Source of the DNA: a virus
Strand: one strand, 5' to 3'
IMG/VR virus record: IMGVR_UViG_3300017917_002795
Location: 1-64,000 of that record
Length of the DNA stretch: 64,000 bases
This document shows positions 1 to 9,215 of the stretch, in pieces (the stretch's first letter is position 1; each line of letters begins with the position of its first letter). The position numbers were made by a program, and so were the translations under genes. Below the pieces are notes generated by a model. That model ran no database searches and was not told the origin of the DNA. It saw only the letters and a program-made list of their open reading frames with translations.

Positions 1-100
1 AGACGCTAACTCGCAGATTGATAAAGTGGTGATACGGCAGAAGTTCGTATTCAATCGTATAAGAACCATCACTATACAGGTTCGAATCCTGTCCTGACTA
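1..100 (+). ncRNA. tRNA-like RNA copy 1 (5' end cut by window)
   Basis: D-arm end AGACGC, T-arm ACAGG-TTCGAAT-CCTGT and acceptor 3' strand CCTGACT-A, as in three other copies. Middle stem AGTGGTG/CATCACT; no canonical anticodon arm. Confidence 0.7.
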
Positions 101-114
101 CAAAAATAAAGAAT

Positions 115-504
115 ATGAAACGATTAATTTTAACGGTTGCATTGTTTTGCACCACAACATTAAATGCTCAATTAAAATATCTACCTGGATTTGAAAAGGG
201 CTCGTACGGATACACCAAAACAGTGTTTACTGAAGAAGAAGCCATTCGTTTATACAACTACGTATTGGACAAAAACGGTGTAGATACAGTGAATGGTGAC
301 TACCGTAGAGGAAAGAATCCAGTCATCTTTGATTTTTTCAAATTTAAGCCAGACGCAAAAAACGTTAACATTGGAGCAATCATTAACTATAACGGTGTAT
401 ATGATGTACTGTTCACAACAATTAAAGATGAAGATACTGTCTTGTTTACGGTAAAAGATGAGAACGGTAAATTACTTGATTTGATATACGAAAAGCCAGA
501 ATAG
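115..504 (+). CDS. Hypothetical exported protein
   Basis: Signal-peptide-like N-terminus MKRLILTVALFCTTTLNAQ; lies between two tRNA-like RNAs. Confidence 0.75.
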   Translation: MKRLILTVALFCTTTLNAQLKYLPGFEKGSYGYTKTVFTEEEAIRLYNYVLDKNGVDTVNGDYRRGKNPVIFDFFKFKPDAKNVNIGAIINYNGVYDVLFTTIKDEDTVLFTVKDENGKLLDLIYEKPE

Positions 505-512
505 ATTAAAAT

Positions 513-621
513 AGTCAGGTGGCGAAATTGGTTAGACGCTATTGAATGAGAAAAACGGTTAAGATTAACATGGATGTAAATGAGGAAGTTAATCATGCAG
601 GTTCGAATCCTGTCCTGACTA
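513..621 (+). ncRNA. tRNA-like RNA copy 2
   Basis: Acceptor AGTCAGG/CCTGACT, Leu/Ser-type D-arm GCG-AAATTGGTTAGA-CGC, T-loop TTCGAAT, long extra stem GATTAAC/GTTAATC. Confidence 0.75.
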
Positions 622-679
622 CGCAAAAAACACGGATGGAGTTTCCTTACCTCAACAGAGATGGGTTTTAGAAGTCCAG

Positions 680-687
680 ATATTTAT
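680..687 (+). promoter_or_regulatory. Putative late promoter ATATTTAT
   Basis: The same 8-mer precedes about 20 late or structural units in the window. Confidence 0.6.
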
Positions 688-1069
688 TCATGATAGTACC
701 TACCACGCTTTGGATTTGGGTGTCCCAGGTCGGCGTACCAGGGTAGGTCTTTTGCCCCACCGTTAGGCGCGCTAACGGAACCCTCTAGTTCTCCGGTTCT
801 AGAGTATAGTTCTTTACCTTTGGTACGGAATTTATAAAGGTTTTGTGCATTGAACCCGTAATCAATGTAACGCCACCCTGTGAATAGAATTCATAGGCTA
901 AGTACCATCGGGCATACCGTTAGATCTGCTCACTTAGATGGTCTTTTTTGATATCGGGAAATTGGACCTGCTTTATGGGTGCACGACGGTGCCTTCATGA
1001 ACAACCTTATAACCGGTATCGCCCCTTAGTAAGCCTGCTTGATCAACAGACACTGCTAAGGGTTTTTTT
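687..1069 (+). ncRNA. Large structured ncRNA candidate A
   Basis: No ORF of 60 aa or more, GC-enriched, at least 7 stems closed by TTCATGA/TCATGAA; late motif upstream, terminator downstream. Confidence 0.65.
1023..1069 (+). terminator. Intrinsic terminator
   Basis: CCCTTAGT...GCTAAGGG followed by T7. Confidence 0.6.
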
Positions 1070-1092
1070 GTGTTCTGATATTTATTAATGAA

Positions 1093-1245
1093 ATGAAAAA
1101 ACAAGTTAAACTCAAAACGGAACAGACTGCATTAATCAATGTGTTGACCAAGCTTCAGGAAAAATATGAACAGGTTCAATCCAAAACACTGAATGATGCT
1201 ATTACACATTTGCATGCAGCAATCCGAAGTTTAAACTGTGTTTAG
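1093..1245 (+). CDS. Small hypothetical protein (50 aa, MKKQVKLK...)
   Basis: Read by hand; follows late motif at 1078; its TAG overlaps the first base of tRNA-Ser. Confidence 0.6.
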   Translation: MKKQVKLKTEQTALINVLTKLQEKYEQVQSKTLNDAITHLHAAIRSLNCV

Positions 1246-1331
1246 GAGGCTTGGCAGAGCGGTCGAATGCGATGGTCTTGAAAACCATTTTACGGGAAAC
1301 TGTAACCGGGGTTCGAATCCCTGAGCCTCCG
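1245..1331 (+). tRNA. tRNA-Ser(TGA)
   Basis: Acceptor GGAGGCT/AGCCTCC, anticodon arm ATGGT-CTTGAAA-ACCAT, long variable arm, TTCGAAT T-loop, discriminator G; CCA not encoded. Confidence 0.95.
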
Positions 1332-1346
1332 CTAAATGAAAGGAAA

Positions 1347-1535
1347 ATGATGAATCATGTTACTAGTATTGCTGTGATATTGTTTTTAGGTGCAATGGGA
1401 GTATTATGGCCTACATGGTTGCGAGATGGATATCTTGATACCTGGTACTTGAAGATTGCAACATTTGTAGCAGTTTATGGTGGATTTGTAGGCAATTTGG
1501 TATGGTACATACAATATGTTCGACGCAATCGTTGA
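1347..1535 (+). CDS. Small membrane protein
   Basis: Two hydrophobic helices; start moved downstream of the tRNA. Confidence 0.7.
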   Translation: MMNHVTSIAVILFLGAMGVLWPTWLRDGYLDTWYLKIATFVAVYGGFVGNLVWYIQYVRRNR

Positions 1536-1929
1536 TATGATATGGTGGATACTCGCCGGCGTGTTGTGTGTAATTGCTGCAGCAGTTTGCGAAGGTGTTA
1601 TGGACACATTGCAGTTTCATTATATGCGATCAGTGTTTCATCAGTTCTCAAACAAAACGTTTTGGGATCCAACTATATCATGGAGAAACAAATACCGGGA
1701 CGGAGATCCTGCAGCAGGTCCACGCTTTCCAGGTTCCATTACCGTCTTCGTAGGCCTTACTGATGCATGGCACTTATTTAAACTGCTCCGCAATGTGTTT
1801 GTGTGTTTAGCGGTTTTCCTGCTGCTTAGTGCATTTATTTCTGTGTATTGGTCTATGTTATATGTTGTGTTGTATCGTGTTGTATACGGCTTTATTTTCA
1901 CCGTATCATACCGGAGGTTTTACGAATAA
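1516..1929 (+). CDS. Membrane protein (TDAWHLFK motif)
   Basis: Several hydrophobic segments; start uncertain (1516 or 1537). Confidence 0.75.
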   Translation: MFDAIVDMIWWILAGVLCVIAAAVCEGVMDTLQFHYMRSVFHQFSNKTFWDPTISWRNKYRDGDPAAGPRFPGSITVFVGLTDAWHLFKLLRNVFVCLAVFLLLSAFISVYWSMLYVVLYRVVYGFIFTVSYRRFYE

Positions 1930-1934
1930 TAAGA

Positions 1935-1965
1935 TTGGATATATTTAAAACATTTCATATATTAA
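1935..1965 (+). promoter_or_regulatory. Bacteroidota-type promoter, early/middle class TTGG-N19-TATATTAA
   Basis: Same geometry recurs near 2870, 6104, 7377, 9824, 11637, 14817, 31947, 32845, 54287. Confidence 0.65.
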
Positions 1966-1968
1966 GTT

Positions 1969-2688
1969 ATGAAACATAAGATTACCGTTATATCAGATAC
2001 ACACGGAAAGCATGCACAGATTACACAAGACCTACCAGGTGGAGACGTATTGATCCATGCCGGTGATTTCATGAATTCAGGTTACTATAAAACAGAAGCC
2101 ATTGAGTTCTGGAATTGGTTTGATGCAATTCCAAATTATGACACAAAGGTATTCATTGCCGGGAATCATGACCGCATAATGCAGGATGATCCAACATGGG
2201 CTACTGGATGCTTAACAGCATACAAAACAATAGAGTATCTGGCAGATGCAGAGTTAGGCGTATATCATGATGACTTGAACGGAGAGGGCGCAGAAGATAA
2301 CATTCACATATACGGTTCTCCATGGCAACCTGAATTTCATAATTGGGCCTTTAATCTTCCGCGGAATGGAGATGCCTTAAAGGCACGATGGGAAGCAATA
2401 CCTGCACAAACAGACATCTTAGTAACTCATGGACCTGCATTTGGATTCCTAGATATCCCAGGCTTTGGAGCTCCGCGCAACGTAGGCTGTGAATTGCTTA
2501 GATATCGCATTGATGTGTTACGTCCCAAGATTCACGTATGCGGGCATATACATGGCGGGTATGGTTATTATTTTAATGGACATACTCATTTCTTTAATGC
2601 AGCCGTGCTCAATGAGCGATACTCTTATTCAAATGTGCCGCAAACTTTTGTGTGGGACAATGTTACAAATGAAATAGAATGGATATAA
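1969..2688 (+). CDS. Calcineurin-like metallophosphoesterase
   Basis: Motifs ISDTH, HAGD, GNHD, THGP, GHIH. Confidence 0.92.
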   Translation: MKHKITVISDTHGKHAQITQDLPGGDVLIHAGDFMNSGYYKTEAIEFWNWFDAIPNYDTKVFIAGNHDRIMQDDPTWATGCLTAYKTIEYLADAELGVYHDDLNGEGAEDNIHIYGSPWQPEFHNWAFNLPRNGDALKARWEAIPAQTDILVTHGPAFGFLDIPGFGAPRNVGCELLRYRIDVLRPKIHVCGHIHGGYGYYFNGHTHFFNAAVLNERYSYSNVPQTFVWDNVTNEIEWI

Positions 2689-2695
2689 GGAACAT

Positions 2696-2905
2696 ATGAA
2701 ACAAGACTTGCCCGTACGATTTGCAAATGAAGGTTATTATGCTAATACGATTGCAATTGATGTATCTAAACTAACCGACATCATGAAATTCAGAGATGAA
2801 GTATTTGGCACCATTGATGGTATTCGTATTGCAATACGACGCGATGATTACGAAAATGCACTTCAAAATTTGGAAACGCCAAAAAATTTTCATATATTAA
2901 AATAA
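2696..2905 (+). CDS. Hypothetical protein
   Basis: Tightly packed + strand ORF. Confidence 0.7.
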   Translation: MKQDLPVRFANEGYYANTIAIDVSKLTDIMKFRDEVFGTIDGIRIAIRRDDYENALQNLETPKNFHILK

Positions 2906-2912
2906 AAGAAAT

Positions 2913-3137
2913 ATGTCGAAGGTAACTCTAGAATTTAATCCAATCGAAGATAGAGACGATATGGAGTCGGCTATCAATGGTTGGAAGTGGAAAATGTTAG
3001 TTTGGGATCTAGATCAGCATTTGCGATCTGAATTAAAATACAATGAAGAAGTTACCGGTGAGGTTTATGAAGCTTTGGAAAAGATTCGAGAACATCTTCA
3101 TGAATTACGAAAAGAAAGCGGTTTAACTTTAGACTAA
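2913..3137 (+). CDS. Hypothetical protein
   Basis: Promoter upstream; operon packing. Confidence 0.75.
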   Translation: MSKVTLEFNPIEDRDDMESAINGWKWKMLVWDLDQHLRSELKYNEEVTGEVYEALEKIREHLHELRKESGLTLD

Positions 3138-3140
3138 GTT

Positions 3141-3428
3141 ATGGCAAAGAGATTAACAAGAGAAGAAAAACAAAAACAAGCAGTAGTTGATTTGATCAAT
3201 GAAATGTTTCGTATTGCGGGTCATGATGCAACATATGATGATATGATATGTCGTGAAGATCAATGGTTTAATGAATATGAAATGACTGAAGAGCAATATG
3301 ATGAATGGAAAGCTTGGGGTAAAAAATACTTAATGAAAAACTTAGGTATGTATGCTGCACGTGCTGAAAAAGAAATGGCTTGGGCTGGATTGCAGTGGGG
3401 TTTAAAAATAAATTATGATGCAGAATAA
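3141..3428 (+). CDS. Hypothetical protein
   Basis: Operon packing. Confidence 0.75.
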   Translation: MAKRLTREEKQKQAVVDLINEMFRIAGHDATYDDMICREDQWFNEYEMTEEQYDEWKAWGKKYLMKNLGMYAARAEKEMAWAGLQWGLKINYDAE

Positions 3429-3726
3429 ACCAGCTTTAGAAATACTGTTAGGTGCATTGTCAGATGCCGAATGGATGCAACTTAAACAGTTACGTGAATC
3501 AAAGAACGCATTTCGTAATTCTGATATCGTTGTTGCTCGTAAAACGAGTGCCGTACAGTTTGCTAATTGGATCCTTAAACACGCCGTTAATCCAGGATAT
3601 GATGAGAATGGATGGGCTTGTTGGGTATTAGCAGATGGCACTGACAGAGTCTTTACATCAACGGAACTGTATGAAGCATATATAAACGGATTATTTGACC
3701 CAGAAGAAGATGACGAAGAAAATTAA
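3415..3726 (+). CDS. Hypothetical protein
   Basis: Operon packing. Confidence 0.7.
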   Translation: MMQNKPALEILLGALSDAEWMQLKQLRESKNAFRNSDIVVARKTSAVQFANWILKHAVNPGYDENGWACWVLADGTDRVFTSTELYEAYINGLFDPEEDDEEN

Positions 3727-4039
3727 ACAAATCAAACTACCTGTAGAGTTAGCAGACTTAGCAGAAGTAATCGCACAACCTGCTCCTAACTGGAAACTTG
3801 TTAGAGAACGAGACGGTTTAACTAAACAATCAACGGGTGTTACATGGATTGAATTCGGAGAAGATGGATACTATAAAGACCGACACGATGAACCAGCTGT
3901 TGGCAGATCTTTGTTAATGTCTCCATTCTCGCAGTTCTTTACATGGCAGACAACTGTCGTTACTGAAATTGTAGAGCAAAGGCCAGACTATGTTAAGTTT
4001 CATACCGGTAACAGTACTTATGAATTGTTTAAGATATGA
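3710..4039 (+). CDS. Hypothetical protein
   Basis: ATG at 3710; ATGA overlap with next gene. Confidence 0.75.
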   Translation: MTKKIKQIKLPVELADLAEVIAQPAPNWKLVRERDGLTKQSTGVTWIEFGEDGYYKDRHDEPAVGRSLLMSPFSQFFTWQTTVVTEIVEQRPDYVKFHTGNSTYELFKI

Positions 4040-4320
4040 AAATAGGTTTTGATACAACTCAATTGATAGGCAAACGTTTCCGGTACCGAAGCAAGTATGG
4101 AGTATCCGAATGGACTGATACGGTTTCTGATGTGGTAGCAATGCACGGTATCGAATTTGATAAACCTTGGCCATGGTTTAAAATATCTGCAGATGGTGAG
4201 AAATGTGATGCAGAACATACAAAAATCATTGGATACCATTATCGTCTGCATGTACGAGCAACCAGAACAAAACATATATATGAATTTGAAAATTGTATTT
4301 TTTTAAATGATGAAGAATAA
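4036..4320 (+). CDS. Hypothetical protein
   Basis: Operon packing. Confidence 0.7.
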   Translation: MKIGFDTTQLIGKRFRYRSKYGVSEWTDTVSDVVAMHGIEFDKPWPWFKISADGEKCDAEHTKIIGYHYRLHVRATRTKHIYEFENCIFLNDEE

Positions 4321-4891
4321 TTTATTAGACCGTATACAGCGTTGGTGGCGATTTGAAGGACGTCACATACCAAGAAACATCCGTGTTGGCATCCGTAACT
4401 TGTGGCGGTGGGCTCCAACCATATGGCGAGACCGAGATTGGGATGGTCATTACATCTACGAGCTCCTTCGAGTGAAACTAGAACACCAGGCTGCGTATAT
4501 TGGAGATCGAGATATTCGGGTGGAGTCAAAACGTGATGCTGAAAGGATGCGGCTTGTTGCTCGTCTCATAAAACTTCAACAAGATGAAACTTACGGAATG
4601 GAGTATATGGATTATCATGATACTAAATATGAGTTTGTTCCAACCGATGCATCGGAGAATTGGTATATTATGGAGGAAACTGAAATTTCTGAATGTTTTG
4701 ATGCATACTTTGCCAAGTATCCGAGACAATATAAACGAGTGATATCAGGAGAAATCAACAGATACCGCAGACCGCCAGAGAATAATGATAAGAAGCTTAT
4801 TGCAATGGAGATTGCTCATGAAAATCAATCACGTTGTCAGCGTTTAATATTTGATATCATGCACGACCACATTGAACGGTGGTGGGACTAA
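4307..4891 (+). CDS. Hypothetical phage protein (DRDWD...WWD motifs)
   Basis: 194-aa ORF. Confidence 0.8.
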   Translation: MMKNNLLDRIQRWWRFEGRHIPRNIRVGIRNLWRWAPTIWRDRDWDGHYIYELLRVKLEHQAAYIGDRDIRVESKRDAERMRLVARLIKLQQDETYGMEYMDYHDTKYEFVPTDASENWYIMEETEISECFDAYFAKYPRQYKRVISGEINRYRRPPENNDKKLIAMEIAHENQSRCQRLIFDIMHDHIERWWD

Positions 4892-4981
4892 AGAAACACA
4901 CAAAAACAACATAAAAAAAGGAAAATTATGGAAATTACATCATTTGTTTTAAGTTAATATATATTTATATAAAAGGAATAT

Positions 4982-5659
4982 ATGTCTAATGTTATATGTG
5001 TATATAAAATCATTTCGCCAAATGGTAATACATATATAGGTAGTACCATCAATCTTAAACGAAGATTAGCTGAACATAAAAAACATCCAGGTTGTCGTAG
5101 ATTACATTTTTCTATAGAAAAATATGGATGGGAAAATCATATATGTGAAGTTATTCAACATTGCAATATTGACGAATTGCGTGATTTAGAATCAAAATAT
5201 AAACAAATGTTTATCGATGAATATGGATGGGAGAAAGCATTGTTTTTTCAGATCGATGATAGGAGTTGTTATATCGCTCCAGAGGATTTTTCAGAAAAGA
5301 TGCGTAGACTTGCATTAGAAAATTGGAAGAAAAACCCATCGATGGGGTTTACGGGTAAAAAACATACTAAAAAAAGTAATATACAACGTGTTAATACTAA
5401 ACGTTTAAATGGTACTGATAAAGTTTCTGCAGAAACCCGGAAAAAAATATCTCAAGGTAATTTAGGTAAACGGATGAGCGATGACACGAAACAAAAAATA
5501 TCTCAATCTAAATCTGGAGTTAAATTATCTGCAGAACATGTAGCAGCACTGCGCGCAGCAAAAAGACCACAAAATGTAATTACATGTCCTCATTGTCAAA
5601 CGTCTGGTGGAAATGCAATGCATCGTTGGCATTTTAATAATTGTAAAAATAAAAATTAA
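4982..5659 (+). CDS. Free-standing GIY-YIG homing endonuclease with NUMOD3-like repeats and C-terminal Zn finger
   Basis: VYKI...YIGST...RRLAEH; repeats ETRKKIS / DTKQKIS / HTKKS; CPHC...HFNNC. Confidence 0.9.
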   Translation: MSNVICVYKIISPNGNTYIGSTINLKRRLAEHKKHPGCRRLHFSIEKYGWENHICEVIQHCNIDELRDLESKYKQMFIDEYGWEKALFFQIDDRSCYIAPEDFSEKMRRLALENWKKNPSMGFTGKKHTKKSNIQRVNTKRLNGTDKVSAETRKKISQGNLGKRMSDDTKQKISQSKSGVKLSAEHVAALRAAKRPQNVITCPHCQTSGGNAMHRWHFNNCKNKN

Positions 5660-5674
5660 AAAAAGGAGTTACTT

Positions 5675-6076
5675 ATGAATTTATTTGTATTAGGAATTTT
5701 ATCAACCATTGCTACCATAATGGTAGCAGTGATCGTTGTAGGTATTGTTAAGATATTGAAACTAACAAAACAGTTAAAGGATTTAGAAACAACGTTTTTT
5801 CAATCTCGCGGAGATTTGTATAGAAATATCGAAGAACGCATTCATCCAATTTGGAAACAGTTTGAAGATACAGGGCGAGACGTTACAATGGTTGAACAGA
5901 CATTACGTAATCAAATTGAAGAATCCAAACGCCAAACTGAAGATGCTGCAACGGCTATGTGTCATGCAGATAGAAGATACACAGATTCGCGTATCGACAA
6001 ACTCATTGACACTTATTTTGAACACGTAGGTGCCAAGAACCCATCAAAAAACAATAAAGAACTTATTAACGGATAA
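5675..6076 (+). CDS. Membrane-anchored coiled-coil protein
   Basis: N-terminal transmembrane helix then heptad-rich region. Confidence 0.75.
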   Translation: MNLFVLGILSTIATIMVAVIVVGIVKILKLTKQLKDLETTFFQSRGDLYRNIEERIHPIWKQFEDTGRDVTMVEQTLRNQIEESKRQTEDAATAMCHADRRYTDSRIDKLIDTYFEHVGAKNPSKNNKELING

Positions 6077-6149
6077 AAAATACAGTTTTTGTGTGTGAAG
6101 AGCTTGGATTCCAGGCTCTTTTTTGCTATTATATAGAAAATAAAGAGCT

Positions 6150-6380
6150 ATGACACTTAAGAAGAAAATTAGATCAAGAATGCTGCTCTCATTGAGAAGC
6201 ATAGGTTTATTGTGTAAACGACCTGTAGAGACGACACACAGGATCCGAATATCTCAAACACGTAATCCAGATGGTAGCATTACACATCATAAAAACCTAA
6301 CCAAGCAACCATTGGTAGAAGGCAGCACAGTTGAAACCGAATTGCATATATGGCAAGAAATTCACAAACAAAACAAATAA
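6150..6380 (+). CDS. Hypothetical protein
   Basis: Promoter at 6104-6134. Confidence 0.65.
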   Translation: MTLKKKIRSRMLLSLRSIGLLCKRPVETTHRIRISQTRNPDGSITHHKNLTKQPLVEGSTVETELHIWQEIHKQNK

Positions 6381-6381
6381 G

Positions 6382-6675
6382 ATGAACCAAGAAAAATTTG
6401 CCGAATGGCTACAATCACAAGGGCTTAATTCATATGATGAAGCCGTAGAACAATTCCTGAAACAAGTATCCGAGAACATTGATCCTCGAGACTACATGAC
6501 ACCCACTCAACGTGAGATTGCAGACCTACCTTTTGCAGAACTTGAAACGGAATATCAATTGGTACAGGCAAAGGCCAGCAGTCGAAGTGCTGCACAAAGA
6601 AAATTTATCACTCAACGCTATGAATATGAAATCTCTAGGCCAACAACCACTGAGCAAGATGATGCCAATGCTTAA
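6382..6675 (+). CDS. Hypothetical protein
   Basis: ATG at 6382 right after upstream stop. Confidence 0.7.
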   Translation: MNQEKFAEWLQSQGLNSYDEAVEQFLKQVSENIDPRDYMTPTQREIADLPFAELETEYQLVQAKASSRSAAQRKFITQRYEYEISRPTTTEQDDANA

Positions 6676-6768
6676 GATGATTGCTGCGGCTCATGGACTC
6701 AAACTTCATGTAGCTCGTGAATTCCGAATGGCTCGTTTACTTCTAGCTAACCAATACAGTAATGCCCT

Positions 6769-6951
6769 ATGAACAATAAAACTTACATTATATCAGTCTT
6801 GATTGGCATCGTAATAGGATGCTGCATTGGATACTGGCTGTCCCGACTCTATGCACAGACTCATCTAAGCAACGAAGCATTGCATCAGGAGAATCGAGAA
6901 CTCCGAAGAATTATATTTGAACAACACCAAAGATACTACGAAATCCAATGA
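6769..6951 (+). CDS. Small membrane protein
   Basis: N-terminal transmembrane helix. Confidence 0.65.
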   Translation: MNNKTYIISVLIGIVIGCCIGYWLSRLYAQTHLSNEALHQENRELRRIIFEQHQRYYEIQ

Positions 6952-7154
6952 GTGCAGTACATAAACCCAACTTAAACTTTGATAATGAAAAGCAAACTCA
7001 TATTCCATATCGGGAAGTTGTAAAAGCTAGTATGCGATCTGCATATGAAGATTTCATGCGACCCAAAAAGGTAACAACACTTAAAAAAGAAAAACGTGTA
7101 AAGGACACTAGCATCAATCCAGATACTAAGAATTTTCAAAAATGGTTCAAATAA
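6948..7154 (+). CDS. Hypothetical protein
   Basis: ATGA overlap. Confidence 0.7.
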   Translation: MSAVHKPNLNFDNEKQTHIPYREVVKASMRSAYEDFMRPKKVTTLKKEKRVKDTSINPDTKNFQKWFK

Positions 7155-7160
7155 AACGGT

Positions 7161-7394
7161 ATGAGTAAATTCTTCAAATATGAGTCTAAAGCAGAAACGA
7201 CTCCAGTAACAGGCGCCATTACGGATGCAGAATTGATGTCTTTGATTAGGGCTGAGTTAAAAGGTAATCTGAGCATACTGATTGATCCTAAGAAGAAGAA
7301 TAGTTTCGATACACATCGCATCAACACCTGGAGCAATGTTGTTTCAGAACGGGTGCTATATTATGTGAAGAATTGGTTGGAAAACTCCAAATAA
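7161..7394 (+). CDS. Hypothetical protein
   Basis: Operon packing. Confidence 0.7.
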   Translation: MSKFFKYESKAETTPVTGAITDAELMSLIRAELKGNLSILIDPKKKNSFDTHRINTWSNVVSERVLYYVKNWLENSK

Positions 7395-7413
7395 TTTCTT
7401 ATATTAAAGAAAA

Positions 7414-7815
7414 ATGGAAAAAGAATTTGTACCATATGAGTTAGCTTTAAGAATGAAGCAACTTGGATTTGATGAGCCTTGTTTAGCTTGGTATGATGGT
7501 AGATATACATCATCTATAAATGAAAATTACTGTAAAAATTCTGAAGAGTGGTTAAATACTATTCATTGTGCAGCACCACTATTCCAACAAGCATTTAGAT
7601 GGTTTAGAGAGAAGTATGATTTACATTATCAATTGATTCCTTTCTTTTCAGATAAAGAGAGTCATGCCGTAGACTATTATCTTGCGATTGCCCAACATAG
7701 ACCCCCAATTCAGGTAAAAACATTTGAAGAAGCAGAACTTGCTTGTCTTGAAAAACTAATTGAAATTGTAGAACAAACAAATGCCAAGATGGCTGCAAAT
7801 GGAGTATATAGATAA
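7414..7815 (+). CDS. Hypothetical phage protein (EFVPYELAL...LGFDEPC...QQAFRWFREKY type)
   Basis: Promoter upstream; motif-rich small protein. Confidence 0.8.
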   Translation: MEKEFVPYELALRMKQLGFDEPCLAWYDGRYTSSINENYCKNSEEWLNTIHCAAPLFQQAFRWFREKYDLHYQLIPFFSDKESHAVDYYLAIAQHRPPIQVKTFEEAELACLEKLIEIVEQTNAKMAANGVYR

Positions 7816-7821
7816 AAGGTT

Positions 7822-8214
7822 ATGGAAGACAGAATACAAGTTAATGGTATCTGGTATGTTAGAGAAACATCAGAAGTATCACCTAAAGAAGAACATTACG
7901 AAGTTTCAGATAGTTTGCAGTGTGTGTATGAAAATTCCGAATGGTGCTTTGAAGCCTCCATATTGTTAGAACGTGATGCAACGGAATTGACAGACACCGA
8001 AGGAACGCCATGGATCAAAATAACAGATAAAAGATTTAACGATCGAGATGTGTGGACAGAAGATACGGTAGACAGTTCTGACTGGATGTTAGGTGTATAT
8101 GATGGTGCGCCGGAGTCGATGCCAGAAGCAAACAAGATCTTTGATCGAGATGGGCTTCGTCATTTTACATCGTTCATAGGTAAATTAATTGAAAAGGGTT
8201 GGTTAAAAAGATAG
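7822..8214 (+). CDS. Hypothetical protein
   Basis: Operon packing. Confidence 0.75.
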   Translation: MEDRIQVNGIWYVRETSEVSPKEEHYEVSDSLQCVYENSEWCFEASILLERDATELTDTEGTPWIKITDKRFNDRDVWTEDTVDSSDWMLGVYDGAPESMPEANKIFDRDGLRHFTSFIGKLIEKGWLKR

Positions 8215-8218
8215 AGTT

Positions 8219-8446
8219 ATGGATAAAGAAACACTTGAAGAAGCTGCTGAAAGATTATTTCCAGATAGCAGTATTCAAAGAAGAATTTTTAAAAAAGGTG
8301 CTAACTGGCAAGCTAAAAGAATGTATAGTGAGGAAGAATTTAGATTATTTGCTAGACAATATTACAGAGAAATCAAGTTAGATAAATCAAATTTACTTTG
8401 GAATGATCTTGTGGATAAATGTTTAGAACAATTTAAAAAGAAGTAG
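8219..8446 (+). CDS. Hypothetical protein, LEEAAE/GANWQ/MYSEE/EQFKKK paralog 1
   Basis: Shares blocks with 8890..9213. Confidence 0.8.
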   Translation: MDKETLEEAAERLFPDSSIQRRIFKKGANWQAKRMYSEEEFRLFARQYYREIKLDKSNLLWNDLVDKCLEQFKKK

Positions 8447-8447
8447 T

Positions 8448-8888
8448 ATGGCAATAATAATTTTATTAGGGTTATTCTTTTTTGGTGGTGTATTATTTTT
8501 TACTGTATTAGGTTTCAAACCGGAAGAAACGGTATATGAGAAAAAAATAACAATAAGAATCGCTATATTTTTCTGGTTAGGATTTATATACATTTTAACA
8601 GTTAATTTCACAGCAACAAGAAATCCGGGTTGTGTAGAATGGCATTCATTTGGAAGTAATCCTAGAACGGTTACTGATGGAAAACGTCTTGTAAATAAGG
8701 TATGGAAAGATAATTCACATTTAGAATGGGATATTGATTATGTGCCTTATGATTGCGATTGCGTTACATATCATTGGTTGTTTGTTGCTGGTGATTGGAA
8801 TGATTTTACACAAGATAGTGTTATTAAGGGCCAATTCAAGGGACCAACAGTTAAACCTAATAAATTAATAAATTTTAAAAATAGATAA
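8448..8888 (+). CDS. Membrane protein
   Basis: Two N-terminal transmembrane helices. Confidence 0.7.
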   Translation: MAIIILLGLFFFGGVLFFTVLGFKPEETVYEKKITIRIAIFFWLGFIYILTVNFTATRNPGCVEWHSFGSNPRTVTDGKRLVNKVWKDNSHLEWDIDYVPYDCDCVTYHWLFVAGDWNDFTQDSVIKGQFKGPTVKPNKLINFKNR

Positions 8889-8889
8889 T

Positions 8890-9213
8890 ATGAAAAACAT
8901 TCCAAAAAATAAAATTGTTGAGGATTGGTTGGAAGAACACGGTGACCCTGAAATAGATAAGAAGGTTGAAAAACAATTAGAACTTGAAGAAGCTGCTGAA
9001 AAGTATGCAACAAATCATGGTATGATGTTATATGTTTTTCCAGAAAAAAGAGATAGTTTTATTGCAGGTGCTAACTGGCAAGCTGAAAGAATGTATAGTG
9101 AGGAAGATATGAATAGATATGCCGAATACTGTACAGGTCATGTTTTAAAATCAAAGATTGGTCATCCTTATTTATCAGTAACAGAATGGTTTGAACAATT
9201 TAAAAAGAAGTAA
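8890..9213 (+). CDS. Hypothetical protein, LEEAAE/GANWQ/MYSEE/EQFKKK paralog 2
   Basis: Shares blocks with 8219..8446. Confidence 0.8.
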   Translation: MKNIPKNKIVEDWLEEHGDPEIDKKVEKQLELEEAAEKYATNHGMMLYVFPEKRDSFIAGANWQAERMYSEEDMNRYAEYCTGHVLKSKIGHPYLSVTEWFEQFKKK

Positions 9214-9215
9214 TC

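Noticed and set aside
622-680. Theta/HDV-like ribozyme after tRNA-like copy 2
   Set aside because: Could not build the nested double pseudoknot by eye
687-1069. tmRNA, RNase P RNA or group I intron identity for ncRNA A
   Set aside because: No Ala-type acceptor ends, no GAGGAAAGTCC-like P4 strand, no interrupted host gene
1251-1346. N-terminal extension of ORF 1251..1535
   Set aside because: Overlaps tRNA-Ser; the real start is probably 1347
8219-9213. Diversity-generating retroelement TR/VR pair
   Set aside because: Differences are whole inserts rather than adenine-specific substitutions, and there is no reverse transcriptase in the window
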